From positions 1 to 64,000 of the forward strand of contig JBNJNM010000024.1 of the NCBI GenBank assembly GCA_052426225.1: a stretch of 64,000 nucleotides of DNA, read 5' to 3'. Positions within the stretch are counted from its first letter, which is position 1. Each line of letters starts with the position of its first letter. Source of the stretch: Zancudomyces culisetae HAW-14-8. Its lineage: Eukaryota > Fungi > Kickxellomycota. Below, in pieces: positions 1 through 10,400 of the stretch. The notes below the pieces were generated by a model, which saw only the letters and a list, made by a program, of their open reading frames with translations, was not told where the DNA came from and ran no database searches. Made by a program: the position numbers and the translations under genes.

Positions 1-2
1 TT

Positions 3-1145
3 GAATTGGTAAATACCGACATATTTATATTGGATATAATGATGTATAAAAATGTCAAGTTAACAGATAATAATTATTTAGATAGATTAAAATATGCAAA
101 ATATATACAAGATATAACTCATAATTATATAGTATATAATGAAGAAACTCGGAAATATATATCCGCTGATATAATAAAGAATGAACGTATACCTGAAAAT
201 ATATGTTCGATAAAACTAAAAAATATATATAAAATAACAGATTATGATAGTTTGCGAAATGCTAAAGATAATATATATAATATTTCAGCAAAAATAGACG
301 GTGTTATATTGACCAATGAAAAGGGTTATTATAATACAGTGTATAAATCTAAACCAAATCCTACAGTTGATTTACAATATATTAATGGATATTTATATTT
401 AGCTAGAGAAACCAATTCGCAAAGAATATCTCATATCGAGCTGGAAGAAGGATGTATATATGAGTTTGATATAAATTTAAATCCAATTAGAAAAAGAGAA
501 GATAAACTTATTCCAAATTATTATATGCCGGTTAAAGATGATGTTATTGATAATATATGCACAGGACATGGTATTCCATGTCTAAGATATCACCATAACA
601 AAATAAAGCTTATTATGCTAAAAAAATTTAATGGAATATTATTAGATATAGGTTCTGGATTGGGTGGTGATATATCTAAGTGGGATCATTTCACTAAAGT
701 GTATGCTATAGATCCCGAGACCAGGCTTAGAAATGTATCGGCAAATATAACATTTCTAAGATGTAAAGTTCAAGATATAAAAAATATATATTTTGATATA
801 GTAAGCATATTTTTCGTACCATGGTGTAACGATTTCATCAAATTCATGCTCCGATCTAAACATGCTCTACTTATTATTATGGATAAACCTTCCGATCTAG
901 ATAGTGATAATATAAAAATTACCAAATTGGAAAACAACATGGTAAATATAAATATACCCAATACTAGTACAGCTTCGAATATAACGGAGGAAATACCAGA
1001 TATAAAAAATATAGATAATATTATGATTGGAAACGGATATAAAAAACATGATTTGACTCATAAATATAACATATCATTTGCGACTAAAGAGGAAAAAGAA
1101 CTCTCCAAAATGTACACATATATAATATACTCCAAAATAATGTAA
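3..1145 (+). CDS. mRNA capping enzyme, 5'-truncated by window start
   Basis: Identical to the C-terminal part of 25363-27177; GTase motifs DGVIL, YKSKP, REDK and MTase motif LDIGSGLGGD. Confidence 0.9.
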   Translation, partial: ELVNTDIFILDIMMYKNVKLTDNNYLDRLKYAKYIQDITHNYIVYNEETRKYISADIIKNERIPENICSIKLKNIYKITDYDSLRNAKDNIYNISAKIDGVILTNEKGYYNTVYKSKPNPTVDLQYINGYLYLARETNSQRISHIELEEGCIYEFDINLNPIRKREDKLIPNYYMPVKDDVIDNICTGHGIPCLRYHHNKIKLIMLKKFNGILLDIGSGLGGDISKWDHFTKVYAIDPETRLRNVSANITFLRCKVQDIKNIYFDIVSIFFVPWCNDFIKFMLRSKHALLIIMDKPSDLDSDNIKITKLENNMVNINIPNTSTASNITEEIPDIKNIDNIMIGNGYKKHDLTHKYNISFATKEEKELSKMYTYIIYSKIM

Positions 1146-1183
1146 TAAATATTTTATGATGTTTTTATATTAAAAATAATATT

Positions 1184-1323
1184 TATTTTTCGAATAACAA
1201 AAAATATGTATACTAATATTATCGAAATATATATATTGTATATAGGAATATAGCATATCATCAAATAACAATATATAAAAAAAGTTTTAAAACTATTTTA
1301 TTTAAATAGCTAACTATTTAAAA
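1184..1323 (+). repeat. Inverted repeat IR-A (140 bp)
   Basis: TATTTTTCGAATAACAAAAAATATG...CTATTTAAAA is the reverse complement of 11964-12104, apart from a 1-bp indel and one substitution near the inner end. Confidence 0.95.
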
Positions 1324-1506
1324 TTATTTGTCTCCTTTGAATACTAATTTCATAGCAGCGTCGAAACCATACTTTTTTATAATATATCTTATATATACTT
1401 TTTGTATATTACCTTCTAATATACAGAATCTCTTTTTGCTATCCTCCCATGTTAATCCTTCTTCTATAATTATAGAGACATTATTGTATATTTTCTTATT
1501 ATGCAT
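1324..1506 (-). CDS. Hypothetical 60-aa protein
   Basis: ATG-initiated ORF filling the gap between IR-A and PolB, with protein-like composition; no recognisable motif. Confidence 0.45.
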   Translation of the reverse strand: MHNKKIYNNVSIIIEEGLTWEDSKKRFCILEGNIQKVYIRYIIKKYGFDAAMKLVFKGDK

Positions 1507-1591
1507 ATTTGATTTAATTTGTAATTAGTCAATCACAATTAAAAAATATCTAAATTTTATAAATAAAAATCCTTAATAGTATTCAGAGACA

Positions 1592-3685
1592 ATGGATAAA
1601 GAAACAATGAAAATTTTTATCTATAAATGGGAATATAAAAATAATTGGATATATGGATACGGTATCGCTAATAAAGATAAAGATAATGTTTATATAATTA
1701 TAAAAGATTTTTATCCCACTGTAGAAGTGAAAGGTTGCAATTTAAGAAAAAAATCTCTTATAATGTCAAAAGATGTAATGGTAGATATACAAACTAGAAA
1801 ACATAAGAATAGTGTACTGGAATTTCTTTATATTAAAGGTTTGAAACAATGTTGCTGGATCAAATTAATTAATAATGATCTGGAAAATTTATCTATGCAT
1901 GATATATATTATTTATCCATAGATATAATTCCCGAATTGCATATAATGAGTTTTGATATAGAAGTCTATTCTCGCGATAGAACATTCCCAGATCCTAAGA
2001 AAAAAGAAGATTCAATTATATGCATAAGTGTCGTATCTAATAAATGCGATAATATAACATTTATTAATACCAATATAGATATAAAATCTACCAACATTAA
2101 ATATTGCAATAGCGAAGATGAATTAATTATCAATTTTTACAATTATATAAAATCTGCAAATATATTAATTGGTTATAATACACACGGTTTCGACTGGAGA
2201 TATATAAATGCTAGACATCCACTAGATTCAAAAATGATTGAAATTACATGGAGTAGTTCTGCATACACCAATAATGATATAAGCTACCCTAGTATAGATG
2301 GTATATTATGTGTAGATCTATATCATTACTGTAAACGTACATTTAATATAGACGATTATAGATTAAATACCGTTTCCAATTTTTTCAACTGCGGATATAA
2401 AGAAGATTTAAATTCTTATGAAATGTGGGATTTATGGGATAACATACATAAAAATCCAGATAAAATATCCGATATAGTAAAATATTGCGTCAAAGATTGT
2501 CTATTGGTCATGGATATCGCAAAAAAATGTTCCATGCTGGAAAGCATCATTTCTTTATCTAATATAACATATACCAATGTTGAAGAATTATTTACTAGGG
2601 GGCAGCAGATAAGAATGAAAAATATGTTATATATCGAATGTAAAAAGTATAATTATCATATGGAATTTAACAAATATGATAAAGATGAATATAAAGGAGC
2701 TATAGTTGTAGAATGCAAACCAAAATTATATAAACATGCTGCATGTATGGACTTCACATCATTATATCCTTCTATTATAATTTCCGAAAATATATGCTAT
2801 AGTACATGGAATGGTAAATTCTTTGATAAAACTAAATTTGGTATTATTCCCAACATGGTAAAAAAATTAGTTGATGCTAGAGTTAAATATAAAAATAATA
2901 AACCATATGCTAATGCATTAAAAATATGTGCAAATTCTGTATATGGAATTTTTGGTTCTGCTGGTGAGTTATGTTTTACACAAGCTGCATCCAGGATAAC
3001 TTATATAGGTAGAATAAATCTGGAAAAATCTATAACTTTTTTAACTGATAAAGGTTTTGATGTAATATATGGCGATACAGATTCGTGTATATATACAAAC
3101 GATGTGGAAATGAATGATGAAATGCATATAAAACTAGCTGATGAAGTTACTAATCTATTTCCAGATCCGATAAAAATGAAGTTTGAATGTAGATATAAAA
3201 AATTTCTTTCATTAGGTAAGAAAATGTATATAACATTGGATTATGATAATAATATTAAATATAAAGGAGTAGTAGCTGTTAGAAGAGATAGATGCAAATT
3301 TGCAGTTAGTATATATAAAGATATAACATATAGAGTAATGAATGATATATTGTTTAGAGATCACTGTAGAATGCTGATATCAAATATTCATACTTTAGAT
3401 AAATCCGAATTTATTATAAAGAAAATATACAATGGACCTTATAAAATGGATAATTATCCATTAGAAGTATATAATAGAAAATACGGACCATTAAAAAAAG
3501 GTGAAACATTTTTTGTATTCGTATCAACTACGGAAAATGGTAAAAATAATCTCGGAGATAAACTAAGACCCATTGATAATACCGACCCCATTGATTATAA
3601 GTGGTATTTAAATAACATTTCTAAATCAATAGATTCGGTGATGGAAGCATCCGGTAAAGTGTTTAGAATGGTAAACAATATATAA
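1592..3685 (+). CDS. polB: Family B DNA polymerase (Pol delta/NCLDV-like, non-protein-primed) with 3'-5' exonuclease
   Basis: ExoI FDIEV, ExoII GYNTHGFDWRYI, ExoIII YCVKD; polymerase motifs DFTSLYPSII, KICANSVYG, YGDTDS, KKMY, KGVVAVRRD; TRGQQIR and YKGAIV as in delta-like enzymes. Confidence 0.97.
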   Translation: MDKETMKIFIYKWEYKNNWIYGYGIANKDKDNVYIIIKDFYPTVEVKGCNLRKKSLIMSKDVMVDIQTRKHKNSVLEFLYIKGLKQCCWIKLINNDLENLSMHDIYYLSIDIIPELHIMSFDIEVYSRDRTFPDPKKKEDSIICISVVSNKCDNITFINTNIDIKSTNIKYCNSEDELIINFYNYIKSANILIGYNTHGFDWRYINARHPLDSKMIEITWSSSAYTNNDISYPSIDGILCVDLYHYCKRTFNIDDYRLNTVSNFFNCGYKEDLNSYEMWDLWDNIHKNPDKISDIVKYCVKDCLLVMDIAKKCSMLESIISLSNITYTNVEELFTRGQQIRMKNMLYIECKKYNYHMEFNKYDKDEYKGAIVVECKPKLYKHAACMDFTSLYPSIIISENICYSTWNGKFFDKTKFGIIPNMVKKLVDARVKYKNNKPYANALKICANSVYGIFGSAGELCFTQAASRITYIGRINLEKSITFLTDKGFDVIYGDTDSCIYTNDVEMNDEMHIKLADEVTNLFPDPIKMKFECRYKKFLSLGKKMYITLDYDNNIKYKGVVAVRRDRCKFAVSIYKDITYRVMNDILFRDHCRMLISNIHTLDKSEFIIKKIYNGPYKMDNYPLEVYNRKYGPLKKGETFFVFVSTTENGKNNLGDKLRPIDNTDPIDYKWYLNNISKSIDSVMEASGKVFRMVNNI

Positions 3686-4016
3686 TAATCCAATATTTTT
3701 AAAAGTCGAATATTACTATTTTAAATATATATTATCAATTTGTTATTTTTTATTCAACTTGAATAATTTTAATCCGAAATCATTTTTTTCGTTATAACAA
3801 ATAATATCCATTGAATACTATAAAGGATAAAAAAATATTATCTTTTTATTAGGATTAAAAATATGTTTTGATTGATACTATTATCACGTATTTTTATAAA
3901 TATATATTGATTAACAGTATAATATACATGCTATTAATAATATACTATTTGATTTGTAATTATTAATGGAACTAAACATATATCGAGTATATATCAAAAA
4001 ATATAACATATAAATA

Positions 4017-5213
4017 ATGGATGAATCAATTTCGCCCGATAATAACAACCAAGCTTCAATATCACCTTCATCAGCCAGTAAAAGAAAACATCAGAGTCAA
4101 TTTTTTGATGATAATGATACTTATATATTCGATTCTGCAAGTCATTGGTCGGATAAATACATAAAATCTGGATTAAATGTTAGATTTGCATCTATAGAAT
4201 TTAATAGAAGTATAGATAGCATTCATTATAGATATTCTCTTTTCGAAAAATTCATAAATACTATCGGTATAAAAGAATTGGATAATATAATCAAGTGTAG
4301 TTTGAATGATTATATTGAAATTGTTAAAGCAAAAAATATCATGAAGCCAGAATATATAGATGCGTTAAAAACATATACCGATATTTTGTATAAAGATGAT
4401 TTTAGAACTAGGGATGAAATGAACACTATGCTTAAAGAATTCAAAATACTTGAATTTGTTTTGGATTTATATATTTTTATGCGTGATGCATACGTTAGCG
4501 AGAATATTGTTGATTCTTATGTGGCCAAACTGCTTAGTATATTTAGATTTGCCCCAGACAATTCATTCGCTATTGGCAAATTTACCATAAATATAAATAA
4601 TCATCTTTTAGAATTTTCATCTGAAATTGATATAGGAATAACTGATAGAAAGAATTATGCTAACATTGCTATAGAAAATAAAAAGTCAACTAATGTTACT
4701 AATTCGTCTACACTTATAGGGAAAGCTAGAGCTCAATTATTTGGAGAAATGTTATTGTTATATTTCAAACGTATAGGTAAAGATGGTTTTACTTCGGAAG
4801 ATTTTAAGGATGATATGATTTTTGGTATTTTATTTATGGGGTTAATACCCAGATTTTATTATATAAAATTTACACCTGAAAATATAAAAAAAATATTAGT
4901 AAATCATAAATGTTATAAAGAATTAGAATTGTATAAAAAAAATGTTAATAAAACTAATTATGAAATAGAACGAGAAATTGAATTAAAAAATGAGTTGTAT
5001 AATTTGGAAAATATATGCGTCTTGAATGAATTAGTCGTTTTCGATGATACTGATGAAATAATAGCTAATGTCGAATGTAGACATTTTCTATATAAAATTA
5101 TGGAATTATTTGGGAGGGTTGTAACATTTTATAGCTATATTAAAGATGGGAATACTGGTATACTTCCATTGGCTACATCGTCAGAATTAATCGAATCGTC
5201 GGAAAGTATTTAA
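4017..5213 (+). CDS. Putative PD-(D/E)xK (restriction-endonuclease fold) nuclease-like protein
   Basis: SEIDIGI...IAIENKK...ARAQLFGEML...IFGILFMGLIPRFY resembles the D...ExK...Q..E...GI pattern of eukaryotic Crinkler-type REase domains; N-terminal low-complexity tail with KRKH. Confidence 0.55.
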   Translation: MDESISPDNNNQASISPSSASKRKHQSQFFDDNDTYIFDSASHWSDKYIKSGLNVRFASIEFNRSIDSIHYRYSLFEKFINTIGIKELDNIIKCSLNDYIEIVKAKNIMKPEYIDALKTYTDILYKDDFRTRDEMNTMLKEFKILEFVLDLYIFMRDAYVSENIVDSYVAKLLSIFRFAPDNSFAIGKFTININNHLLEFSSEIDIGITDRKNYANIAIENKKSTNVTNSSTLIGKARAQLFGEMLLLYFKRIGKDGFTSEDFKDDMIFGILFMGLIPRFYYIKFTPENIKKILVNHKCYKELELYKKNVNKTNYEIEREIELKNELYNLENICVLNELVVFDDTDEIIANVECRHFLYKIMELFGRVVTFYSYIKDGNTGILPLATSSELIESSESI

Positions 5214-5354
5214 TATTTTCAACGTTTTACTATATTAAGTAGTTTTATATTTAAAATATATTCTAATATAGCAAAATTGAAAAAATAAAAATAATACATA
5301 TAACTTACAATATTTAATTATGAAAATAATGAAAGTTATTATCCCGATCAAGAA

Positions 5355-5549
5355 ATGAAACTATCTATAAATCGTATAGATGATGGTATTGAATTTGTAG
5401 AATCTAAATATAAAGGTATGTATTTTATAAAAAATGTGATTCATAACACATATTATAATATAAATGATGAAAATTATAGTTTCCCTATATTTATATCCAA
5501 TACTAAAAATATAAAAGATGCGTTATTATTTCAGTTTATTTATTTTTAA
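5355..5549 (+). pseudogene. Inverted partial duplicate of the 3' end of the 306-aa gene (5958-6878)
   Basis: KLSINRIDDGIEFVESKYK...IKDALLFQFI matches the last ~65 aa of the 306-aa protein. Confidence 0.75.
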
Positions 5550-5931
5550 TATTTTATTTGTTTTAAAGGTTGATTCATGCTTATTTATACTATCAGGATA
5601 TAAATCCAAACCATTTCACAATGTAGGTTCGGCATGTGTCTATTTATACAATGATGTGAAAATGAAACAATACGACAGTTTTGCTTTAGGAGTTAAAACT
5701 ATGGGATTCTATGAAGGAAATTATCATGTCGAACTGGGAATAGGTGATTTAAACATTGATTTTTCCAATGGCACATATAAAATAAATACCACGCCATTCT
5801 ACACGTGTAAAGGTAATGGCTATAAACTTAATTTTGATTGTTATGATCTTTACTCGTCGGTATACTGCCAGACATTCTGCGATAATGCTTTTGGAGCATG
5901 CATAAATTGGTTTAATAATGAAGTTCAATAA
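5518..5931 (+). CDS. Small secreted Cys-rich protein (candidate toxin/effector)
   Basis: Signal-peptide-like MRYYFSLFIFNILFVLKVDS followed by a ~117-aa mature region with 7 Cys. Confidence 0.6.
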   Translation: MRYYFSLFIFNILFVLKVDSCLFILSGYKSKPFHNVGSACVYLYNDVKMKQYDSFALGVKTMGFYEGNYHVELGIGDLNIDFSNGTYKINTTPFYTCKGNGYKLNFDCYDLYSSVYCQTFCDNAFGACINWFNNEVQ

Positions 5932-5957
5932 ATTAAAAATTTTAAAACTTTAAAATA

Positions 5958-6878
5958 TTAAAAATGAATAAACTGAAATAATAACGCATCTTTTATATCA
6001 TCAATATTTTTTATTTCATATGGATGCCCGAAATTAATGTCTTCTATAGCATAATATGTGTTGTATTTTATATTTTTTATATAATATGCGCTTTTATATT
6101 TAGATTCTACAAACTCAATACCGTCATCTATACGATTTATAGATAGTTTAAAATATGAATTTATATAATATTCCTCTCTACTGATAAGATCCATAACTTT
6201 TAGATAAGTCTTTTCTTTATCATCAATATCATCTTTATAGAATTCAAAAAATATTCCAAATGGTGAGTTATAAAATTTATCATCAAATATATACACTTTT
6301 CCTATATCATTTTCATTCGGAATGTCGTCATCTATGTTTATAGTAATATAAGCAGTTTCACCCTCATGAGCTAAACGCATAAAAAATGCACCTTTATTTC
6401 GAATACTGATACCATTCATTGTTATTACATCTTGCGTGTCAGATGCAAAATTGGACAAATTATCAGTATTTATCATATTAGACGAGTCCAGTTGTAATAT
6501 AATTGCATTTTTATCGGAATATTCAAAAGTCATACTTTTATTTAAATATAGATCTCCACACTTTATTCTATATACATCACAAAATCTGTAGTCATTAAAT
6601 ACTTTATCCAGAATAATTATATTATCATTTAAATGATCACACGCACCCATTTTATCGTTCATCATGCATAAATATTTATTATTATGCGCAATATACATTT
6701 TATCTCCATTTTCATTTAATAATATGCTAAATTCTTCTCCCAAAGAGTGATGTTCATTTTTTATACAGAAAATATTGTCATCGATAGATACAGATTTAAA
6801 CTCACCAGGTATTATGAATTTAAAATTTGCATAATTACAAACAATACTGCTTAAAGGGTTGTATTCGTCTATATTCAT
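5958..6878 (-). CDS. Hypothetical protein, possible beta-trefoil (ricin-B/fascin-like) repeats
   Basis: Repeated short hydrophobic strands such as MYIAHNNKYLC, VYRIKCGDLYL, YYIKNIKYNTYY...LLFQF; the fold is inferred only. Confidence 0.5.
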   Translation of the reverse strand: MNIDEYNPLSSIVCNYANFKFIIPGEFKSVSIDDNIFCIKNEHHSLGEEFSILLNENGDKMYIAHNNKYLCMMNDKMGACDHLNDNIIILDKVFNDYRFCDVYRIKCGDLYLNKSMTFEYSDKNAIILQLDSSNMINTDNLSNFASDTQDVITMNGISIRNKGAFFMRLAHEGETAYITINIDDDIPNENDIGKVYIFDDKFYNSPFGIFFEFYKDDIDDKEKTYLKVMDLISREEYYINSYFKLSINRIDDGIEFVESKYKSAYYIKNIKYNTYYAIEDINFGHPYEIKNIDDIKDALLFQFIHF

Positions 6879-6939
6879 TTTAATATTAATTTAAATATTT
6901 TAAAATGAGTTATATATTCATATAATAATAGGTGATGCT

Positions 6940-7407
6940 TCAATGTCTCAAATCCCTTAAATATGATATCAGATCGGTTAATTGTGTTGATGCATCAAAA
7001 CTGAAAAATTGATATATATTCGTACCTTCATTATTCATAGAAAAAATTCTTACAGAACTTGGATATATAATCATAGCTTTAGAGCAATTAAGTATTTTAA
7101 GAAAGTGCATCATTAATTTATCATCTTCATCACTATTAGATATTAAAGGCGTACATAATATAGCTATTATATTTTTATGTATATTTATATCTTCTACATA
7201 TTGTATAATATCTGATTTATGATATTTCACGGCACGCTTAGTTGATGTTATTGTTCTTCTTATATAACCATTTGACAAATTTAAACCCGAATAATGACAG
7301 CATAAAATAGCTATACTGTTATTTTTATATTTATCAGATGAATTGAAAAATAATTCTTTCAGATTATTAATTTCTATACTAGACATTTTAAAAAATAAAT
7401 ATTTCAT
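6940..7407 (-). CDS. Hypothetical protein, candidate toxin immunity factor
   Basis: 155-aa ORF overlapping the toxin stop by 4 nt (ATGA); no signal peptide; function inferred from position only. Confidence 0.5.
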   Translation of the reverse strand: MKYLFFKMSSIEINNLKELFFNSSDKYKNNSIAILCCHYSGLNLSNGYIRRTITSTKRAVKYHKSDIIQYVEDINIHKNIIAILCTPLISNSDEDDKLMMHFLKILNCSKAMIIYPSSVRIFSMNNEGTNIYQFFSFDASTQLTDLISYLRDLRH

Positions 7408-10400
7408 ATTCCTTTTTTTCTTTGCTGTATAATTACAGGCTCGTTACTAACAGGAAAAAACTCATTGAAATAATTTCTTACTCCTTGTCGTAATCCTGTT
7501 CTCACAGGAATAATAGCTGATTGCTGACATAGAGTTGGGTTGAAATTTAATAAATATACTCGAAAAGCCCCCCCGGGAGGTATAGGTCCAACGCGAGGAG
7601 ATGATAAAGGATTTAATATGTCGTTTTTTTTCCAAATTCCAGTCGCATTTAAAAAATGGCGAAATTGTATACCGTCATATGTATTTTCACTTTTATAAAC
7701 GCATCTAACAGAAATATAATATTCGTCCGGATTTGTTATGTTATTCATTCCTTCACTCATACTTCCAAATGGAAATTCATCTCTTTGATAATCTGGTATT
7801 ACCATTGTTTTGTTATCACTTCGATTAATTATTCGACCGGGTAGATTAACGCACGAATGCTGATCTAGATAAGGGTCGTCATTCTTTCGACCGTCTGGTC
7901 GACGTGTAAATGTATTATATGCAACGGGTAGTAGTTCTTGCGGGACATCTATTGCATCATCATCCCCATTAATAAGTCTAAGTCTATTAATTTCTGTAAA
8001 CACGAAATAAATATAAGCATTGCATGCTACACCTACGCTCCGACCGTGAAAGTTTACATAGTATATCGGCTCATCATCTCCATCATTATTTTCTGTTATA
8101 GTTTTCGTAAATATATTATAATCATCATCTATATTGGGATTTCTAACACAATAATTTTGCGGACTCGTAGCTTTTTTATACCAGTTAAAATAAGCTTTAT
8201 GTTGTAAAATCATAGGCATATCACTTACCGGTTGAATACTATACTGATCCTGATATTTTTCCATATCATACCCTATTAAATCATCATTTATTACAAAATC
8301 AACAGGATACTTTGAATTTGTGGGATTATTTATTAATTCTATTGTATGTTCTAAATTCGCTTGATTACTATTAATAATTTTCATTAGATCATCGGGGATG
8401 GGAAATGTGTCTTTATTATAATTTGCTATTATCGTGGCGATAGCGAGTAAACCAAGTGAAATTGCTCCGACAACTACACCAGAAGCTAGCCCTGGTATTG
8501 ATATCGCCAATAAAGCAGCTTGTAACCCACTTGTATACACTTGAACTCCAGTATAAACAAAAACACCAATAGCTGAAGTATTTATCATTCCAACAAAGGG
8601 TTCATTTAATCCTCTCTTTTTATTATTATAATTAATGGAAGAACCAAATACGATACATCTCTTATAATAAAAATATAATATGGCGTAGTTATTATCATTT
8701 TTAACATCTATATTAGTTATAAACTTATCCATTTTTGTAAATAATTCATCATAATCGGCTTTTGAACTTATAGAATATACTATATTGAATTTATCTTTGA
8801 ATTGTTTTATATCACTATCATAAGTTAAAGATGCATTGCTTCTCCAGTATGATATTACACCTTTTATATAATCAACCATAATATCTCTTAAATAGTTACG
8901 CGTACATGATGATGACAGTAGTGTATTGAAATCGTATATATCTGATGTGTCGCATGATATTTTATTTCCGGCATCTAGATCCTCTGCCCACGTAACAGTA
9001 CCCCCCATATTGGCGAATGAGGCTAGATCATTTCTGAAGCTAATTTGTTCATCTGTAAGATAAGAAACCCATTGATCTGTACCATATACCAGAATCTGAG
9101 ATAGATCGTCATCATAATGTTTTCTTATAGTTTCGCTTTTCAGAATATCTCTAATTTCCCCCAAAGCTAAATAACCAGGTGTATTTGTACATTTACCCGG
9201 TTTTGCTTTTGATTCTATACCGGCAAATCTACAATCTGGACCGTAGCAGTTGGGATCTTCCATGCCAAAAGTTCTACCATACTTAGCAATACCTAATAAA
9301 ACTTTATTGGATTTTACGCCTGCATGTGTTATCAAAGCTAGCATTTCTAAAGTTTCAGTCATATTTACGTGCGACTTAAGATAATTACCTGTCCATAAAT
9401 TGGTATAATCCCATTGTCCGTGCAAATCATAAGTCATAAATACTATATAATCTGTAAATTCCGACATTATATCTATTATAAAATTCTTAAGATACCAATA
9501 ACTAGCTGGTGCCGCTATAGATACAGTCTTACCTAATGGATAAAGTTTAATAAATAATTCATAAACAAACAATGTATAATATATTGGATCATAAGAATCA
9601 CCAATTGGAACACCTGGAATATCAGTAGCTCCTGGATATTCCCAATCTATATCTACACCATCCAGATTATTATCGATAATAAATTTGGCCACATTTGCAG
9701 CAGATACTTCCCAATTAGCTACAGCTTTTCTAAGATTATTATATGTACCACTATCTGTACTTATACCCCAACCACCTATACTTAATATTCTCTTAATACC
9801 TCTAAGAGATTTAAAAGCTTCGAATTGCTCTCTAGCTCTGAAATCCATTTGGACATTATAATCAACAATATCGGCAAATGCATAATGAAGATGGGTATAT
9901 TGAGACCAGTCTATTTCGTCAATACGTTTGTTCAAGCATGGCCAGTTTTGATTCCATGTTTCATAATAAGCAATTTTTCTAAAATTAGAAGGGGGTTCGG
10001 ACATTACGTATTCGATAACACAATTACTATAACAACCTGTAGTGCCTGGAGCGTTAGTTGTACTGTTTTTCTTTTTACAGAAGTCTTCGGTAATGCCACA
10101 ATAACCCCATTCACCACAGCAAGCGTTTAAAGGACAATCGGTATTATACTTATCTCCGGGTGCTAAAGGACCACATTCTGCATTGGGATCTGGAGTTGGA
10201 ATAGGAGGTTTACCAGGAGATATACATAATTTCTGACCAGGGTATAGTTTATCACACCCATCCCATTTCCATGTACTTTTATTATAATCGAATAACTGAG
10301 TTGACGAAATGCCAGCGTCATCTATAATTTTCTGACACCAATCACCAGGTTGCACTGTTATAAAATAACAATTGCCATCTTTATCCGGAGTTGGATCAGG

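Noticed and set aside
3750-3850. Short palindromes after PolB (TTATTCAA-C-TTGAATAA; ATAAAGGATAA...TTATCTTTTTAT)
   Set aside because: Could be terminators, but they are too AT-rich to distinguish from chance.
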